From contig JBBRSP010000036.1 of NCBI GenBank assembly GCA_038245295.1, positions 1 through 56,511 on the forward strand: a DNA stretch of 56,511 bases. Direction: 5' to 3'. The position numbers were made by a program, and so were the translations under genes. The notes below the pieces were generated by a model. That model saw only the letters and a program-made list of their open reading frames with translations. It was not told the origin of the DNA and ran no database searches. The first letter of the stretch is position 1. Each line of letters opens with the position of its first letter. The stretch comes from Candidatus Binatia bacterium (GTDB lineage: Bacteria; Desulfobacterota; Binatia; HRBIN30). This document shows, piece after piece, positions 29,540 to 39,648 of the stretch.

Positions 29540-31030
29540 GTGAGCACATCGAGTCTTAAGGGCCGTCGCGCCGTCGTGATTGGCTCCGGAATCACCGGGC
29601 TGGCCAGTGCGCTCGTCTTGAGTCGGCGCGGTGCCGACGTAACCGTGCTCGAGCGCGACGAGTTCCCGCTCAGTGATGGGCCCAACGCGGCCTTCGAGAC
29701 CTGGCAGCGTGATGGCGCACCACAAGTCCGGCATTCGCACATCTTCCTTGGGCGTCTACGCGTCCTCCTGCGCGATCACTATCCGGATGTCCTGGCGGCC
29801 CTGCTCGAAGCCGGGGCTCGCGAACTGCGGCCGCTCGATCGTCCGCCGCCGGCGCTCGCCGGCATCTTGCCCGAAGATGGCGACGAAGATTTGATCGCGA
29901 TGGGGTGCCGCCGCACCACGTTTGAATGGGTGCTGCGACGTCACATTCTCCAAACGCCGGGTGTCAAGTTGGTCTCCGGCGTATCCGTTAATCGACTGCT
30001 CAGCGTCGGCGGCTCTCCGCCGATCGTTACCGGCGTCGTTTGCACCGGCGCGTCCGGGGATCAGACCTTCGAAGGTGACCTGGTGATCGACGCCAGCGGC
30101 CGCAAATCACTGGCGCCGGCGTGGTTGGAAGCCTGCGGCGCGCGCCCGGTGAGCGAAGAGTCGGAATCATCGGGGATCGTCTACTACACGCGCTACTATC
30201 GCTTGCGTGAGGGCGCCAGCGAGCCGCGCGAGACCAAAGAGCCGGCTGTCGGTGACTATAGCTTTGTGAAGTTTGCCATCTTCCCGGCTGACGACCGGGT
30301 GTTTTCGATCACCCTCGCGGTGCCGCTGGCGGAGCCGCGGCTGAAGGTCCTGGCCAAGGTGCCGGCCTTCGACGCACTCGTCCAATCCATCGGCGGCCTC
30401 GCCCCGTGGGTAGCCCCGGAGGTGAGTGAGCCGATCGGCGATGCGCGGCGCCCGGTTCAGGCGATGGGTGGCTTGATCAACCGCCAGCGCCGCTTCGTCG
30501 ATGACATTGGCCCGCTGGCTTTGCGCTTCTTTGCGCTCGGCGACGCCGCTTACTGTACCAATCCCTTGTATGGACGCGGTTGCTCGCAGGGTATGTTGCA
30601 CGCGCACTTCCTGGGCGAAGCTCTCGACGCCCACGCTGACGACTGGGGCGCTGTCGCGATGGCGTTGGACAAGCGGAGTCACGACGAGCTGGACCCCTAC
30701 TACCGCGCCTCGATCCTGGCCGATCGCGACGCCGTCAGTCGCGCCGAGGGACGCGAGCCGGAAGATCCGCTGGCGCAGATGCAGCGCAAGTTCCTGGTCG
30801 AAGGTGTCGCCGTCGGTATGCGTACCGACCCAATCGTCTTCCGAGCCTTCCTGCGCATGATCAACATGTTCGAGACGCCCGAGCAGGCCTTCGGGCGGCC
30901 CGACGTAATTGAGCGCACTCTGTGGGTCATGTCACAAGGCGACGACTACCGTCGCGCCCACGGCTTCGGCCCGCCGCCGGACCGTGAGAGGACGATCGCG
31001 ATGTGTGAGGCGGCAGCTCTCGTCGCCTGA
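29540..31030 (+). CDS. FAD-dependent oxidoreductase
   Basis: VIGSGITGL..VLERD, DLVIDASGR, GDA..TNPLYGRG. Confidence 0.88.
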   Translation: MSTSSLKGRRAVVIGSGITGLASALVLSRRGADVTVLERDEFPLSDGPNAAFETWQRDGAPQVRHSHIFLGRLRVLLRDHYPDVLAALLEAGARELRPLDRPPPALAGILPEDGDEDLIAMGCRRTTFEWVLRRHILQTPGVKLVSGVSVNRLLSVGGSPPIVTGVVCTGASGDQTFEGDLVIDASGRKSLAPAWLEACGARPVSEESESSGIVYYTRYYRLREGASEPRETKEPAVGDYSFVKFAIFPADDRVFSITLAVPLAEPRLKVLAKVPAFDALVQSIGGLAPWVAPEVSEPIGDARRPVQAMGGLINRQRRFVDDIGPLALRFFALGDAAYCTNPLYGRGCSQGMLHAHFLGEALDAHADDWGAVAMALDKRSHDELDPYYRASILADRDAVSRAEGREPEDPLAQMQRKFLVEGVAVGMRTDPIVFRAFLRMINMFETPEQAFGRPDVIERTLWVMSQGDDYRRAHGFGPPPDRERTIAMCEAAALVA

Positions 31031-31100
31031 AACGGTACTGCACGGCCGTCGAATCGCCGCCCTTGCGCCAACCGGCGCCCCTGGGGCATCACCCTGACAC

Positions 31101-31976
31101 ATGGCCGCGCCCGCAGACATTCCCTTACCCGAACGCCGTGCCGCACTGAGCGGCGTTTCCATCATCTTCGCGTCGTCGATCCTGTTTGGCGCCATGGCCG
31201 TGTTCGTGCGCGCCGCGGCGCGTGAGTTTGGTCCCCTGCAGACGGCGTTTGTCCGCTTCGCCGGGTCGCTGATCGTTCTGTTGGTGGCGACACGTGGTCA
31301 GAATCTGCGGCCAAAGCCGGGCAATCGTTGGCGCCTTCTGCAGCGTGGCGCGTTGGGAGCGACGTCGATCTGTTTCTATTTCGTGGCGATCGAACGGGCC
31401 GGGGCCGGTGTGGCGACGATGATCCACTGCACCTATCCGGTATGGACCGCCTTCATTGCCTCGATGTTCATGGCCGAGCGCCTGACGCGTTGGGCGGTTG
31501 CCGCGCTGGCGTTCAATCTCGTCGGTGTTGCCCTCGTGGTTGCACCCACCGGGTCGCCACTCGCCGGCAATGCGGGGCCACTGTTTGCGTTGATCGCGTC
31601 GGTCATGGCGGCAGGCGCCGTTGCCACCGCTCGTCACTTGCGCGGTTCGGAAGATGCGTCGCTGATTACGACGTACTTCATGGCGGTCGGAATGGTGATC
31701 ACGGCACCGAGTCTCCTGCTCGGCCTACCAAGTATGACGCCGCACCTGGCGTTTGCTCTTCTGGGAGTGATTCTCACGTCGGTAGCCGGGCAGTGGCTTT
31801 TGCATCATGGCCTGGGGTTCACCAGTGCAACCCAGGGCAGCCTCACCGCCGCAACGAGTGTCGTCAGCGCCGCCGTGTTCGAGACGGTGTTCCTGGGCGA
31901 ACATATACGCATGGAATCGACCCTCGGGGCGCTCTTCATGTTCGCGGCTGTCGCCTTGGCCTTGCGGCGTGAGTGA
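31101..31976 (+). CDS. DMT/EamA family transporter
   Basis: About 10 hydrophobic segments in two EamA halves; F..R, P..TA, LGE motifs. Confidence 0.88.
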   Translation: MAAPADIPLPERRAALSGVSIIFASSILFGAMAVFVRAAAREFGPLQTAFVRFAGSLIVLLVATRGQNLRPKPGNRWRLLQRGALGATSICFYFVAIERAGAGVATMIHCTYPVWTAFIASMFMAERLTRWAVAALAFNLVGVALVVAPTGSPLAGNAGPLFALIASVMAAGAVATARHLRGSEDASLITTYFMAVGMVITAPSLLLGLPSMTPHLAFALLGVILTSVAGQWLLHHGLGFTSATQGSLTAATSVVSAAVFETVFLGEHIRMESTLGALFMFAAVALALRRE

Positions 31977-32180
31977 ATCCTGGCTGGCGCCTGGCGCGCC
32001 GACGCACTATGAGGCGCGGCAACGACACCACGTCGGGAACGCGATAGGAAACCATGAACTCGATACAGATCGGCAAAGCGCAACTGGAGCTGGTGCGTTT
32101 CGTCTTGTTCTCCGAACATGATCTACGGGTCTACCAGGGCGTGCTGGCGGAGATCGCTGCTCGCGGGAGTTTCTTGAACG

Positions 32181-33731
32181 ATGGCTGAAGTTACTTCCGA
32201 TCAATTAAACCTGCTTTACGACCTTAGTCGATCGCTGCACGCGTTGATCGAGCTCGACGAACTCATGCCGCTGCTCGTCGAGAAGACCAAGGAGTTGCTC
32301 GGCTCCGAGGGCTGCTCGGTGATCCTGCTCGATGATACCGGCCGCGAGCTTTATTTCCCGTACGTCAGTCCGGAAAACTCTATTGTTGCGGAGCGGCTGC
32401 GCGCCCTGCGGATGCCGGCCGACAAAGGGATCGCCGGGGCTGTGGTGCAGAGTGGTCAGTCGATTCTCGTGTCGGATGCCAAAACCGATCGCCGCTTTTA
32501 CTCAGCGGTGGATGAACAGACCGGCGGCGCCACTCAGTCGATTCTCGGCGCGCCGCTGCGGACACAACGTGGCATCATCGGTGTCATCGAGTGTGTCAAC
32601 AAGCTCAATGGGGTCTTCACCGAATCGGACAAATCGTTTCTCGAAGTTCTCGCGGGGAGCGTTGCCGTAGCCATCGAGAATGCTCGGCTGTACCGCACGC
32701 TGAAGCTCTCCGAGGAGCGCTTACGCGACGAGGTTGCCCTGCTGGCGCGCGAGCGGCCGGTGACCAGCCGCTTTCAGAACATCATCGGCTCGTCGGCGGC
32801 GATGGATAAGGTGTTGCGGCTCATCGAAAGTGCGATCAGCTCACCGATCACCGTCTTGCTTCAGGGCGAAACCGGAACCGGCAAGGAAGTAGTTGCGCGC
32901 GCCATCCATTACGAAGGTGTGCGCAAGGACCGTGCCTTTGTCGCCGTGAACTGCGGCGCGTTCACCGAGACGCTGCTCGAGAGTGAGCTTTTCGGTTACC
33001 GCAAGGGTGCGTTTACCGGGGCCAACGCCGACAAGCGGGGCCTGTTCGAGGCGGCCGACGGTGGAACGATTCTCCTCGACGAGATTGGTGATACGCCGCC
33101 GGCGCTGCAGGTGAAATTGTTGCGCGTACTCGAGAGTGGCGAATTCATCCCGGTCGGTGATACCCAGGTGCGCCGTGTGAATGTTCGCGTCATCTCGGCG
33201 ACCCACAAGGACCTCAACGCCGAGGTCCGCGGCGGACGTTTCCGCGAAGATCTCTACTATCGCTTGGCAGCGTTTCCGATCAGTGTTCCGCCGCTGCGCG
33301 AACGCCCGGAGGATATTCCGGCGCTCGTCGTGTTCTTGCTGCGACGGCTGTCGCAGAAGTGGGGCAGGGGAGAGCCGCCGATTGTCTCGCGCGAGGCGAT
33401 GGACGGTTTGTCGCGCTACTCCTGGCCCGGCAACATTCGCGAGCTCGATCATGAGCTCGAGCGCGCCGTAACACTCGCCGGCCAGGCCACCGAGCTCAAG
33501 GCCGAACATTTCTCGGAAAAGATCCTACACGCGGCGACGGGCTCGGGGCGCGTTCGCCACGTCGGCTCGCTCAAGCTGGCACGCCTCGAGTTCGAGAAGG
33601 AATACATCGCCCAGGCGCTGCGGGCCCATCAGAGCAACGTGTCGCATACGGCGAAGACGCTCGGCATCAGTCGCGTCATGCTGCAGAAGAAGATGAAGGA
33701 GCTCGGGCTGCGTGATGCCCGCAATGTCTGA
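32181..33731 (+). CDS. GAF-domain sigma54-dependent transcriptional activator (Fis HTH)
   Basis: N-terminal [46 protein letters not shown]. Confidence 0.96.
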   Translation: MAEVTSDQLNLLYDLSRSLHALIELDELMPLLVEKTKELLGSEGCSVILLDDTGRELYFPYVSPENSIVAERLRALRMPADKGIAGAVVQSGQSILVSDAKTDRRFYSAVDEQTGGATQSILGAPLRTQRGIIGVIECVNKLNGVFTESDKSFLEVLAGSVAVAIENARLYRTLKLSEERLRDEVALLARERPVTSRFQNIIGSSAAMDKVLRLIESAISSPITVLLQGETGTGKEVVARAIHYEGVRKDRAFVAVNCGAFTETLLESELFGYRKGAFTGANADKRGLFEAADGGTILLDEIGDTPPALQVKLLRVLESGEFIPVGDTQVRRVNVRVISATHKDLNAEVRGGRFREDLYYRLAAFPISVPPLRERPEDIPALVVFLLRRLSQKWGRGEPPIVSREAMDGLSRYSWPGNIRELDHELERAVTLAGQATELKAEHFSEKILHAATGSGRVRHVGSLKLARLEFEKEYIAQALRAHQSNVSHTAKTLGISRVMLQKKMKELGLRDARNV

Positions 33732-34085
33732 TGCTGTCGTCGCGCTCGGGCGCCGTCGTCTGCCGACGACGTGTAGCGGCGGTTGGCGAATCGGCGCTGC
33801 ATTTCACGCTACACGGTATCGCCAGGATCCAAAGGTCCGAAGCGCACATCCGCCCCATCTTGTTGCAGCACTGCCCTCCGAGAAGGCAGCACCGATGATC
33901 GCACGGCCCTGCAGTGCGTGTTTTGCTTAGCAGCTAAGGCGCCAAGGCATCGCCGACGTCGAGTAGCGAAATCAATCCGCATTCAGGATTACCGCAGCCC
34001 CTGCCAATGGTTCTTTGCAGCGTCTCTGCACGCCCCGGACTGCAGCACCCACAGCCACGCGCGTGCTCGACAGCCGTATCCGGGT

Positions 34086-34101
34086 TGGCACCATCGTTGC
34101 T
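34086..34101 (+). promoter_or_regulatory. Sigma54 (-24/-12) promoter
   Basis: TGGCAC-catcg-TTGCT, canonical spacing, 26 bp before ATG 34127. Confidence 0.8.
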
Positions 34102-34126
34102 CTCTCCTGAGACGCAGGGGGTCACC

Positions 34127-34231
34127 ATGATGCAATTCGACATGACCGCGCAGTTGCTTCCGTTGATGTGGTCGATGGTGGCTCTGATGGTGGTAGCGGG
34201 CGCATCGCTGGTTGGTGCGCATAGCCGCTAA
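34127..34231 (+). CDS. 34-aa single-TM small protein
   Basis: AGGGGG RBS; MMQFDMTAQLLPLMWSMVALMVVAGASLVGAHSR; directly downstream of the sigma54 promoter. Confidence 0.55.
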   Translation: MMQFDMTAQLLPLMWSMVALMVVAGASLVGAHSR

Positions 34232-34281
34232 CAAGAGGCACGAAGAGGAAACTCTCGCGACCTTGAGGAAGGAGAAGCAAA

Positions 34282-34533
34282 ATGTTCGCTCTACCTGCTC
34301 TCGCGGTGGCTCCGGTCGTCAACAGCGTCGGAGTCGGCACTGTGCCGGTTCTTGACGGCGCCCTGTATGGTTGGGCCCTTATCGCTGCTCTCGTGATTGC
34401 CACGTTCGGAATTCTACGCGCCTCACTTGCCGAGGATTTTGCCCGTGCCGGCGGCGCCGGCCGATCGAGCCGGACGCCGCCGACGGCGCCAAGACTGCGC
34501 ATCGTCGACACGCCAAGCAAGGTTGCCGCATAA
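34282..34533 (+). CDS. 83-aa small membrane protein
   Basis: AAGGAG RBS; TM segment LYGWALIAALVIATFGIL; basic Pro-rich tail ending VAA. Confidence 0.65.
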   Translation: MFALPALAVAPVVNSVGVGTVPVLDGALYGWALIAALVIATFGILRASLAEDFARAGGAGRSSRTPPTAPRLRIVDTPSKVAA

Positions 34534-34754
34534 TACCCCTGGGCGGCTCCGTGTTTCTGCTCCCCTCAACGCACGTAGCCGCCCTTGTCGCTTCACAGTG
34601 TTGCAAGCCTACCTCCGATGGTGGAAACGAAGCCGACGAGCAGGCTCGGGTTTGACCTTGGCTCTTGGGCTTCGCGGGCACGACGAGCTTTACAATCGGC
34701 GACTTGCAACGGGTGTCCTTGGACAGGTAGCTTGCCGGTCATAAGGAGTCGGAC

Positions 34755-36149
34755 ATGCCTGAGTCGTCAACCAATCCCTACCTCCAAGGCAACTTTGCGC
34801 CCTGGCGCCTCGAAGGCGATGCGGCGGATCTAGAAGTGATCGGCACGCTGCCGCGAGAGCTGAACGGCACTTTCTATCGCAACGGACCTAACCCGGCGTA
34901 CGAACCACTCGGGCGGTATCACTGGTTCGACGGCGACGGCATGATCCACGCCATTTCCGTGAGTGACGGTCGCGCCTCCTACCGTAATCGCTACGTGCAG
35001 AGCCGCGGCCTGCTCGAAGAGCGCGCCGCGGGGAAGTCTCTCTATAAGGGGCTGCTGGAAATCTCCGCCACCGAAGCGCCGGTATTCAAGAACACCGGCA
35101 ATACCAACATCGTCAGCCACAACCGCAAGTTGTTGGCGCTTATGGAAGGGGCGCTGCCGACGCAACTCATGCCTGGCACCCTCGAAACACTCGGCGAGTA
35201 TACGTTCGACGAAAAGCTGCACACGGCGATGACGGCGCATCCGAAGATGGATCCCGATACCGGCGAGATGTTGTTCTTCGGCTACTCCCCGTTTCCGCCG
35301 TACCTGAGCTACCACGTCGCCAACGCCCAGGGGCAGTTGGTGCGCAGCGAGGCCATCGATCTCGAGTGGCCGTCGATGATCCACGACTTCGCCGTCACCG
35401 AGGATTACGTCGTCTTCATGCTTTTCCCGCTGGTGTTCAGCTTCGAGAGCCTCGCCAAGACCGGCAACGCGTTTGCCTGGGAGCCTGAGCGCGGCACACG
35501 CATCGGCATCATGCCGCGCTCGGGTGGCAACGCCGACGTGAAATGGGTCGAGACCGATGCCTGTTACGTCTTCCACACGATGAACGCCTATGTTGAAAAC
35601 GAGGAGCTGGTGATCGATGCGCCGCGTTTCCCGCGTCTGCTCTTCATGAATCCCGGCGACAATCGCTCGTCCGCCGATGCGCTGATGAATGACGCACCGA
35701 CGCTGCACCGCTGGCGCGTTGGGTTGAAGAGCGGCGGCGTCAAGCTCGAGAAGCAAGACGATCGGTCAATCGAGTTTCCGCGCGTCGACGAACGTTTGCT
35801 CGGTCACAAGCACCGCTTCGGCTACACGGCAGCAAGTGAATCGGCGGAGGGTGATCCACGCGCGCCCGTCTTCAACGCGGTGGCGCGTTACGATCAGCAG
35901 ACCGGCAAGTCGGAAACCCGACGCTTCGGGCCGCTCGACGGTGTGGGCGAGCCACTGTTCATCCCACGCGGCGGTGCCGCCAGCGAAGCCGATGGTTACG
36001 TAATGGTGTTGCAGTATGATGCCGGCACCGACCGCAGTATGCTCCACATCCTCGATGCGCAGAACATCAACGCCGAGGCGATCGCAACGGTGAAGCTGCC
36101 GCATCGCATCCCATACGGCTTCCACGGCAACTGGGTACCTCGGGACTGA
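34755..36149 (+). CDS. Carotenoid/lignostilbene cleavage dioxygenase family
   Basis: RNGPNP, HWFDGDGM, TAHPK, IHDF, FH..NAY, EFPR, GFHGNW (four Fe-binding His). Confidence 0.95.
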   Translation: MPESSTNPYLQGNFAPWRLEGDAADLEVIGTLPRELNGTFYRNGPNPAYEPLGRYHWFDGDGMIHAISVSDGRASYRNRYVQSRGLLEERAAGKSLYKGLLEISATEAPVFKNTGNTNIVSHNRKLLALMEGALPTQLMPGTLETLGEYTFDEKLHTAMTAHPKMDPDTGEMLFFGYSPFPPYLSYHVANAQGQLVRSEAIDLEWPSMIHDFAVTEDYVVFMLFPLVFSFESLAKTGNAFAWEPERGTRIGIMPRSGGNADVKWVETDACYVFHTMNAYVENEELVIDAPRFPRLLFMNPGDNRSSADALMNDAPTLHRWRVGLKSGGVKLEKQDDRSIEFPRVDERLLGHKHRFGYTAASESAEGDPRAPVFNAVARYDQQTGKSETRRFGPLDGVGEPLFIPRGGAASEADGYVMVLQYDAGTDRSMLHILDAQNINAEAIATVKLPHRIPYGFHGNWVPRD

Positions 36150-36283
36150 TTCAGGCGGGGTGGTTCGTCGATGAGCCACCCCGTCCCTCGTGCCCGGAGA
36201 GAAGCGTTCTCCCGCTAGCAAGTGAACAAACGTTCGTATATCACCCGTCTCGCAACAGTGACGACAACAGCGAGAGGTGATCG

Positions 36284-38005
36284 ATGCTCGACCTTCTGAT
36301 CCACGGCGGCACCGTAGTAGACGGCACCGGCAAGCCGGGGGCAATCTCCGATGTCGGTTTACGCGACGGACGTATCGTCAGCGTTGGCCCGACCGACGAA
36401 CCAACCAAACGTAAGCTCGATGCGACCGGGCTTGTTGTCTCTCCTGGCTTCGTTGATCCCCATACCCATTACGACGCGCAGATCTTCTGGGATCCGTCGC
36501 TGTCGCCGTCGAACCTGCACGGCGTCACCTCGGTGATCGGCGGCAACTGCGGCTTCAGCCTGGCGCCGCTGGGGCCCAAGGATGCCGACTACATCCGTCG
36601 CATGATGGCCAAGGTCGAGGGGATGCCGCTCGCGGCGCTCGAGAACGGCATCGAGTGGAACTGGTCTACCTTCGGCGAATACATAGATCGCCTCGAGGGC
36701 CACGTTGGTCTCAATGCCGCGTTCCTTGTCGGCCACTGCGCCTTGCGACGTAGTGTGATGGGCGACGACGCCGTCGGCGGGCCGGCGACCGCAAAACAAA
36801 TAGAGCGCATGGTGCAGGTCCTGCACGAGTCGCTGGCGGCGGGTGGGTTTGGTTTTTCGTCGTCGCAAGCCTTCACTCATTCGGATGGGGATGACCAACC
36901 GGTGCCGTCGCGCTTCGGCGGGCCGGAAGAAATGCTCGCCTTTGCCAAGACTGTGGGCGAGCATCCTGGCACGACGTTGGAGATGATTGTCGACGGTTGC
37001 CTCACACAATTCAGCGACGTCGAGATGAACTTGATGATCTCTATGTCGCGCCTGGCCAACCGGCCGGTGAATTGGAACGTCATGGGTGTATCGGCCGCGA
37101 ATCCCGGTCGCCACGAGCACCAGCTCGCCGCCGGCACTCGCGCCAAACAGGCCGGGGCTCGTATTGTCGCGCTGACGATGCCGACGCTCGGCGGTCTGAA
37201 AATGAGTTTCCTCGACCATTGCGCGCTGAATCTGTTGCCCGGCTGGGGACCGATCCTCTCGCTGCCGATCGCCGAGCGTGTCAAAGCGTTGGCCAATCCG
37301 GACACGCGCAAGCGGATGCGTTCGAGCGCCGAAGGGGTTACCGGCGCGCTGATCAGCTTGTCGCGTTGGGGTGCCTACGAAATCGGTGAGACTTTCGCGC
37401 CGGCGCATGCCGGCTTCAGCGGCAAAACGGTCGGCGAGATCGCCAAACAGCGTGGCGCCGATCCGTTCGATATGCTCTTCGATATTGCCGTTGCCGATGA
37501 GTGTCGCACCGGCCTGTGGCCGCAACCGTCGGACGACGATGACGCCAGCTGGAAGTTGCGTGCCGAGGTCTGGCGCGACGAACGCGCCATGATCGGTGGC
37601 TCCGATGCCGGTGCGCATCTCGATCGCATGTGTGGGGCGCGTTACCCGACGATCTTCTTGGGTGATGTGGTGCGTCGGCGCCAGCTGATCCCTTTGGAGG
37701 AAGCGATCTATCTCATGACCGATGCGCCGGCGCGTTTCTTCGGTTTGCGCGAACGGGGTCGCATCGCCGCCGGCTGGCACGCCGATCTGACGATCTTTGA
37801 TGCCGGCACGATTGGTTCCGACAAGATCACCATGCAGGCGGACCTGCCCGGCAGAACGGAACGTCTCTTCGCTCGCGCCCATGGCATCGAACACGTGTTG
37901 GTCAACGGCGTTGAGATCGTCGCCGCCGGACGCGAGACCGGTAGCCTGCCGGGCCGCTTGCTGCGTTCGGGGCGGGACACGGAAACGGTCGGCGTCGGAT
38001 CGTAG
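36284..38005 (+). CDS. N-acyl-D-amino-acid deacylase family amidohydrolase
   Basis: PGFVDPHTHYD, GNCGF, SDAGAH, RGRIAAGWHAD. Confidence 0.9.
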   Translation: MLDLLIHGGTVVDGTGKPGAISDVGLRDGRIVSVGPTDEPTKRKLDATGLVVSPGFVDPHTHYDAQIFWDPSLSPSNLHGVTSVIGGNCGFSLAPLGPKDADYIRRMMAKVEGMPLAALENGIEWNWSTFGEYIDRLEGHVGLNAAFLVGHCALRRSVMGDDAVGGPATAKQIERMVQVLHESLAAGGFGFSSSQAFTHSDGDDQPVPSRFGGPEEMLAFAKTVGEHPGTTLEMIVDGCLTQFSDVEMNLMISMSRLANRPVNWNVMGVSAANPGRHEHQLAAGTRAKQAGARIVALTMPTLGGLKMSFLDHCALNLLPGWGPILSLPIAERVKALANPDTRKRMRSSAEGVTGALISLSRWGAYEIGETFAPAHAGFSGKTVGEIAKQRGADPFDMLFDIAVADECRTGLWPQPSDDDDASWKLRAEVWRDERAMIGGSDAGAHLDRMCGARYPTIFLGDVVRRRQLIPLEEAIYLMTDAPARFFGLRERGRIAAGWHADLTIFDAGTIGSDKITMQADLPGRTERLFARAHGIEHVLVNGVEIVAAGRETGSLPGRLLRSGRDTETVGVGS

Positions 38006-39367
38006 GTGGAAAAGGGGAGTCGCCCGGCCCTGACGTTGGGGGCGGCGGCGCGCGTCTGGCTACGCATCGGGCTGCTCAGTTTCGGCGGCCCGGCCGGACA
38101 AATTGCGTTGATGCATCGCGAGCTCGTCGAGAAACGCCGTTGGGTCGACGAGCAGCGTTTCCTGCACGCACTCAACTACTGCATGTTGCTGCCCGGCCCC
38201 GAGGCGCAGCAGCTGGCCACGTACATCGGCTGGCTGATGCATCGCACGCCAGGCGGACTCATCGCCGGTGGCCTGTTTATCCTTCCGGGCGCAATCACGA
38301 TGCTGTGTCTGAGCGCCCTCTATGCCCAGTTTCATACGCTTCCCGTGGCTGCCGGCGTGTTGTTCGGACTGAAGGCTGCCGTCTTCGCCATCGTCATCGA
38401 AGCCTTGCAGCGTATCGCCAAACGCGCCCTCAAGGGCCGCGTCAGCTTTCTCTTCGCTGCGGCAGCCTTTGTGGGGATCTTCCTGTTCGGCATCCCGTTT
38501 CCGGTCATCGTTCTCGCGGCGGGAGTTTCGGGTTGGCTGCTCAATCGCGCCGATCCGAGTTTGTTCGCGCTGAAGCAACCCGAGGGCGTAGCGGGAAGCG
38601 AGCAAACGATCATCGACGCCATGGCGGCGCGCGGCGAGTTGGCGCATACGCAACCTTCGTGGCAGCGTTCGCTCGGGGTGGTGATCGTGTGGGGCACACT
38701 CTGGGCGCTGCCGCTCCTGCTGGCCGTCGTGCTTGTCGGGCGAGGTTCCGTATTGGTCCAGGCCGGTTTGTTCTTCTCGAAGGCGGCGGTCGTCACTTTC
38801 GGTGGCGCCTATGCGGTGCTCAGCTACGTCGCGCAGCAAGTCGTCGATACCTATGGATGGCTGCGGCCGGCGGAGATGGTTGATGGCCTTGGGTTGGCCG
38901 AGACGACGCCCGGGCCGCTGATCCTGGTACTCCAATTCGTTGGTTTCCTCGCCGCCTATCGTGACGCGCATGACGTGTCACCGCTCCTGGCGGGTACCCT
39001 CGGCGCGCTGATGACCCTCTGGGTCACCTTCGTTCCGTGCTTCTTATGGATCTTTCTCGGCGCGCCCTACATCGAGAAGCTGCGCGGCAACACGGCGCTG
39101 CATGCCGCGTTATCGGGAATCACGGCGGCCGTCGTCGGTGTGATCCTAAATCTGTCGGTTTGGTTCGGCATGCACGTGTTGTTTGGCACCGTGGAAGAAG
39201 TCGCCTGGGGCCCGCTGGCGACGCGATTGCCGCTTCTATCGAGCCTCAATCCGGCCGCTGCCGTCCTTTCGGCGTTGGCGGTTCTCCTTCTGTTCCGCTT
39301 CCATTGGAGCGTTCCACGACTTCTCGCCATCTGTGGTGCACTTGGTGCATTTAGGACCCTCTTCTGA
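38006..39367 (+). CDS. chrA: Chromate efflux transporter, long-chain CHR
   Basis: SFGGPAGQIA, LPGPEAQQ, TFGGAYAVL, ETTPGP. Confidence 0.93.
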   Translation: MEKGSRPALTLGAAARVWLRIGLLSFGGPAGQIALMHRELVEKRRWVDEQRFLHALNYCMLLPGPEAQQLATYIGWLMHRTPGGLIAGGLFILPGAITMLCLSALYAQFHTLPVAAGVLFGLKAAVFAIVIEALQRIAKRALKGRVSFLFAAAAFVGIFLFGIPFPVIVLAAGVSGWLLNRADPSLFALKQPEGVAGSEQTIIDAMAARGELAHTQPSWQRSLGVVIVWGTLWALPLLLAVVLVGRGSVLVQAGLFFSKAAVVTFGGAYAVLSYVAQQVVDTYGWLRPAEMVDGLGLAETTPGPLILVLQFVGFLAAYRDAHDVSPLLAGTLGALMTLWVTFVPCFLWIFLGAPYIEKLRGNTALHAALSGITAAVVGVILNLSVWFGMHVLFGTVEEVAWGPLATRLPLLSSLNPAAAVLSALAVLLLFRFHWSVPRLLAICGALGAFRTLF

Positions 39368-39440
39368 ACTTGAACAGCTGTTGGCGCTATGTTAGCCGAC
39401 GGCCCGCAACGGCGCGGTAGTTTGACGCGCCGTTTCTTGG

Positions 39441-39516
39441 TCCCCGGTAGCTCAGTCGGTAGAGCGTTCGGCTGTTAACCGAAATGTCGCTGGTTCGAGT
39501 CCGGCCCGGGGAGCCA
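39441..39516 (+). tRNA. tRNA-Asn(GTT)
   Basis: TCCCCGG/CCGGGGA acceptor stem, AGCTCAGTCGGTAGAGC D arm, CTGTTAA anticodon loop, GGTTCGAGTCC T arm, encoded CCA. Confidence 0.97.
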
Positions 39517-39520
39517 ATCC

Positions 39521-39562
39521 CAGAAGCCCGACGGTGTTTTCACCGCCGGGCTTCTGTTTTTT
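39521..39562 (+). terminator. Intrinsic terminator after the tRNA
   Basis: cagaagcccgacggtg-tttt-caccgccgggcttctg followed by TTTTTT. Confidence 0.88.
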
Positions 39563-39648
39563 GGAATGATGTCTCGGCACCCAAGGCGTCAAGCTGTCAG
39601 CGACGGGACCCTTTACAGGCAATGCCATCCGCCGCCGCAAGCGACGCG

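Noticed and set aside
36359..37894. Long antisense ORFs (511 aa here, and similar ones elsewhere)
   Set aside because: Typical high-GC antisense shadows of well-supported genes, with no family motifs.
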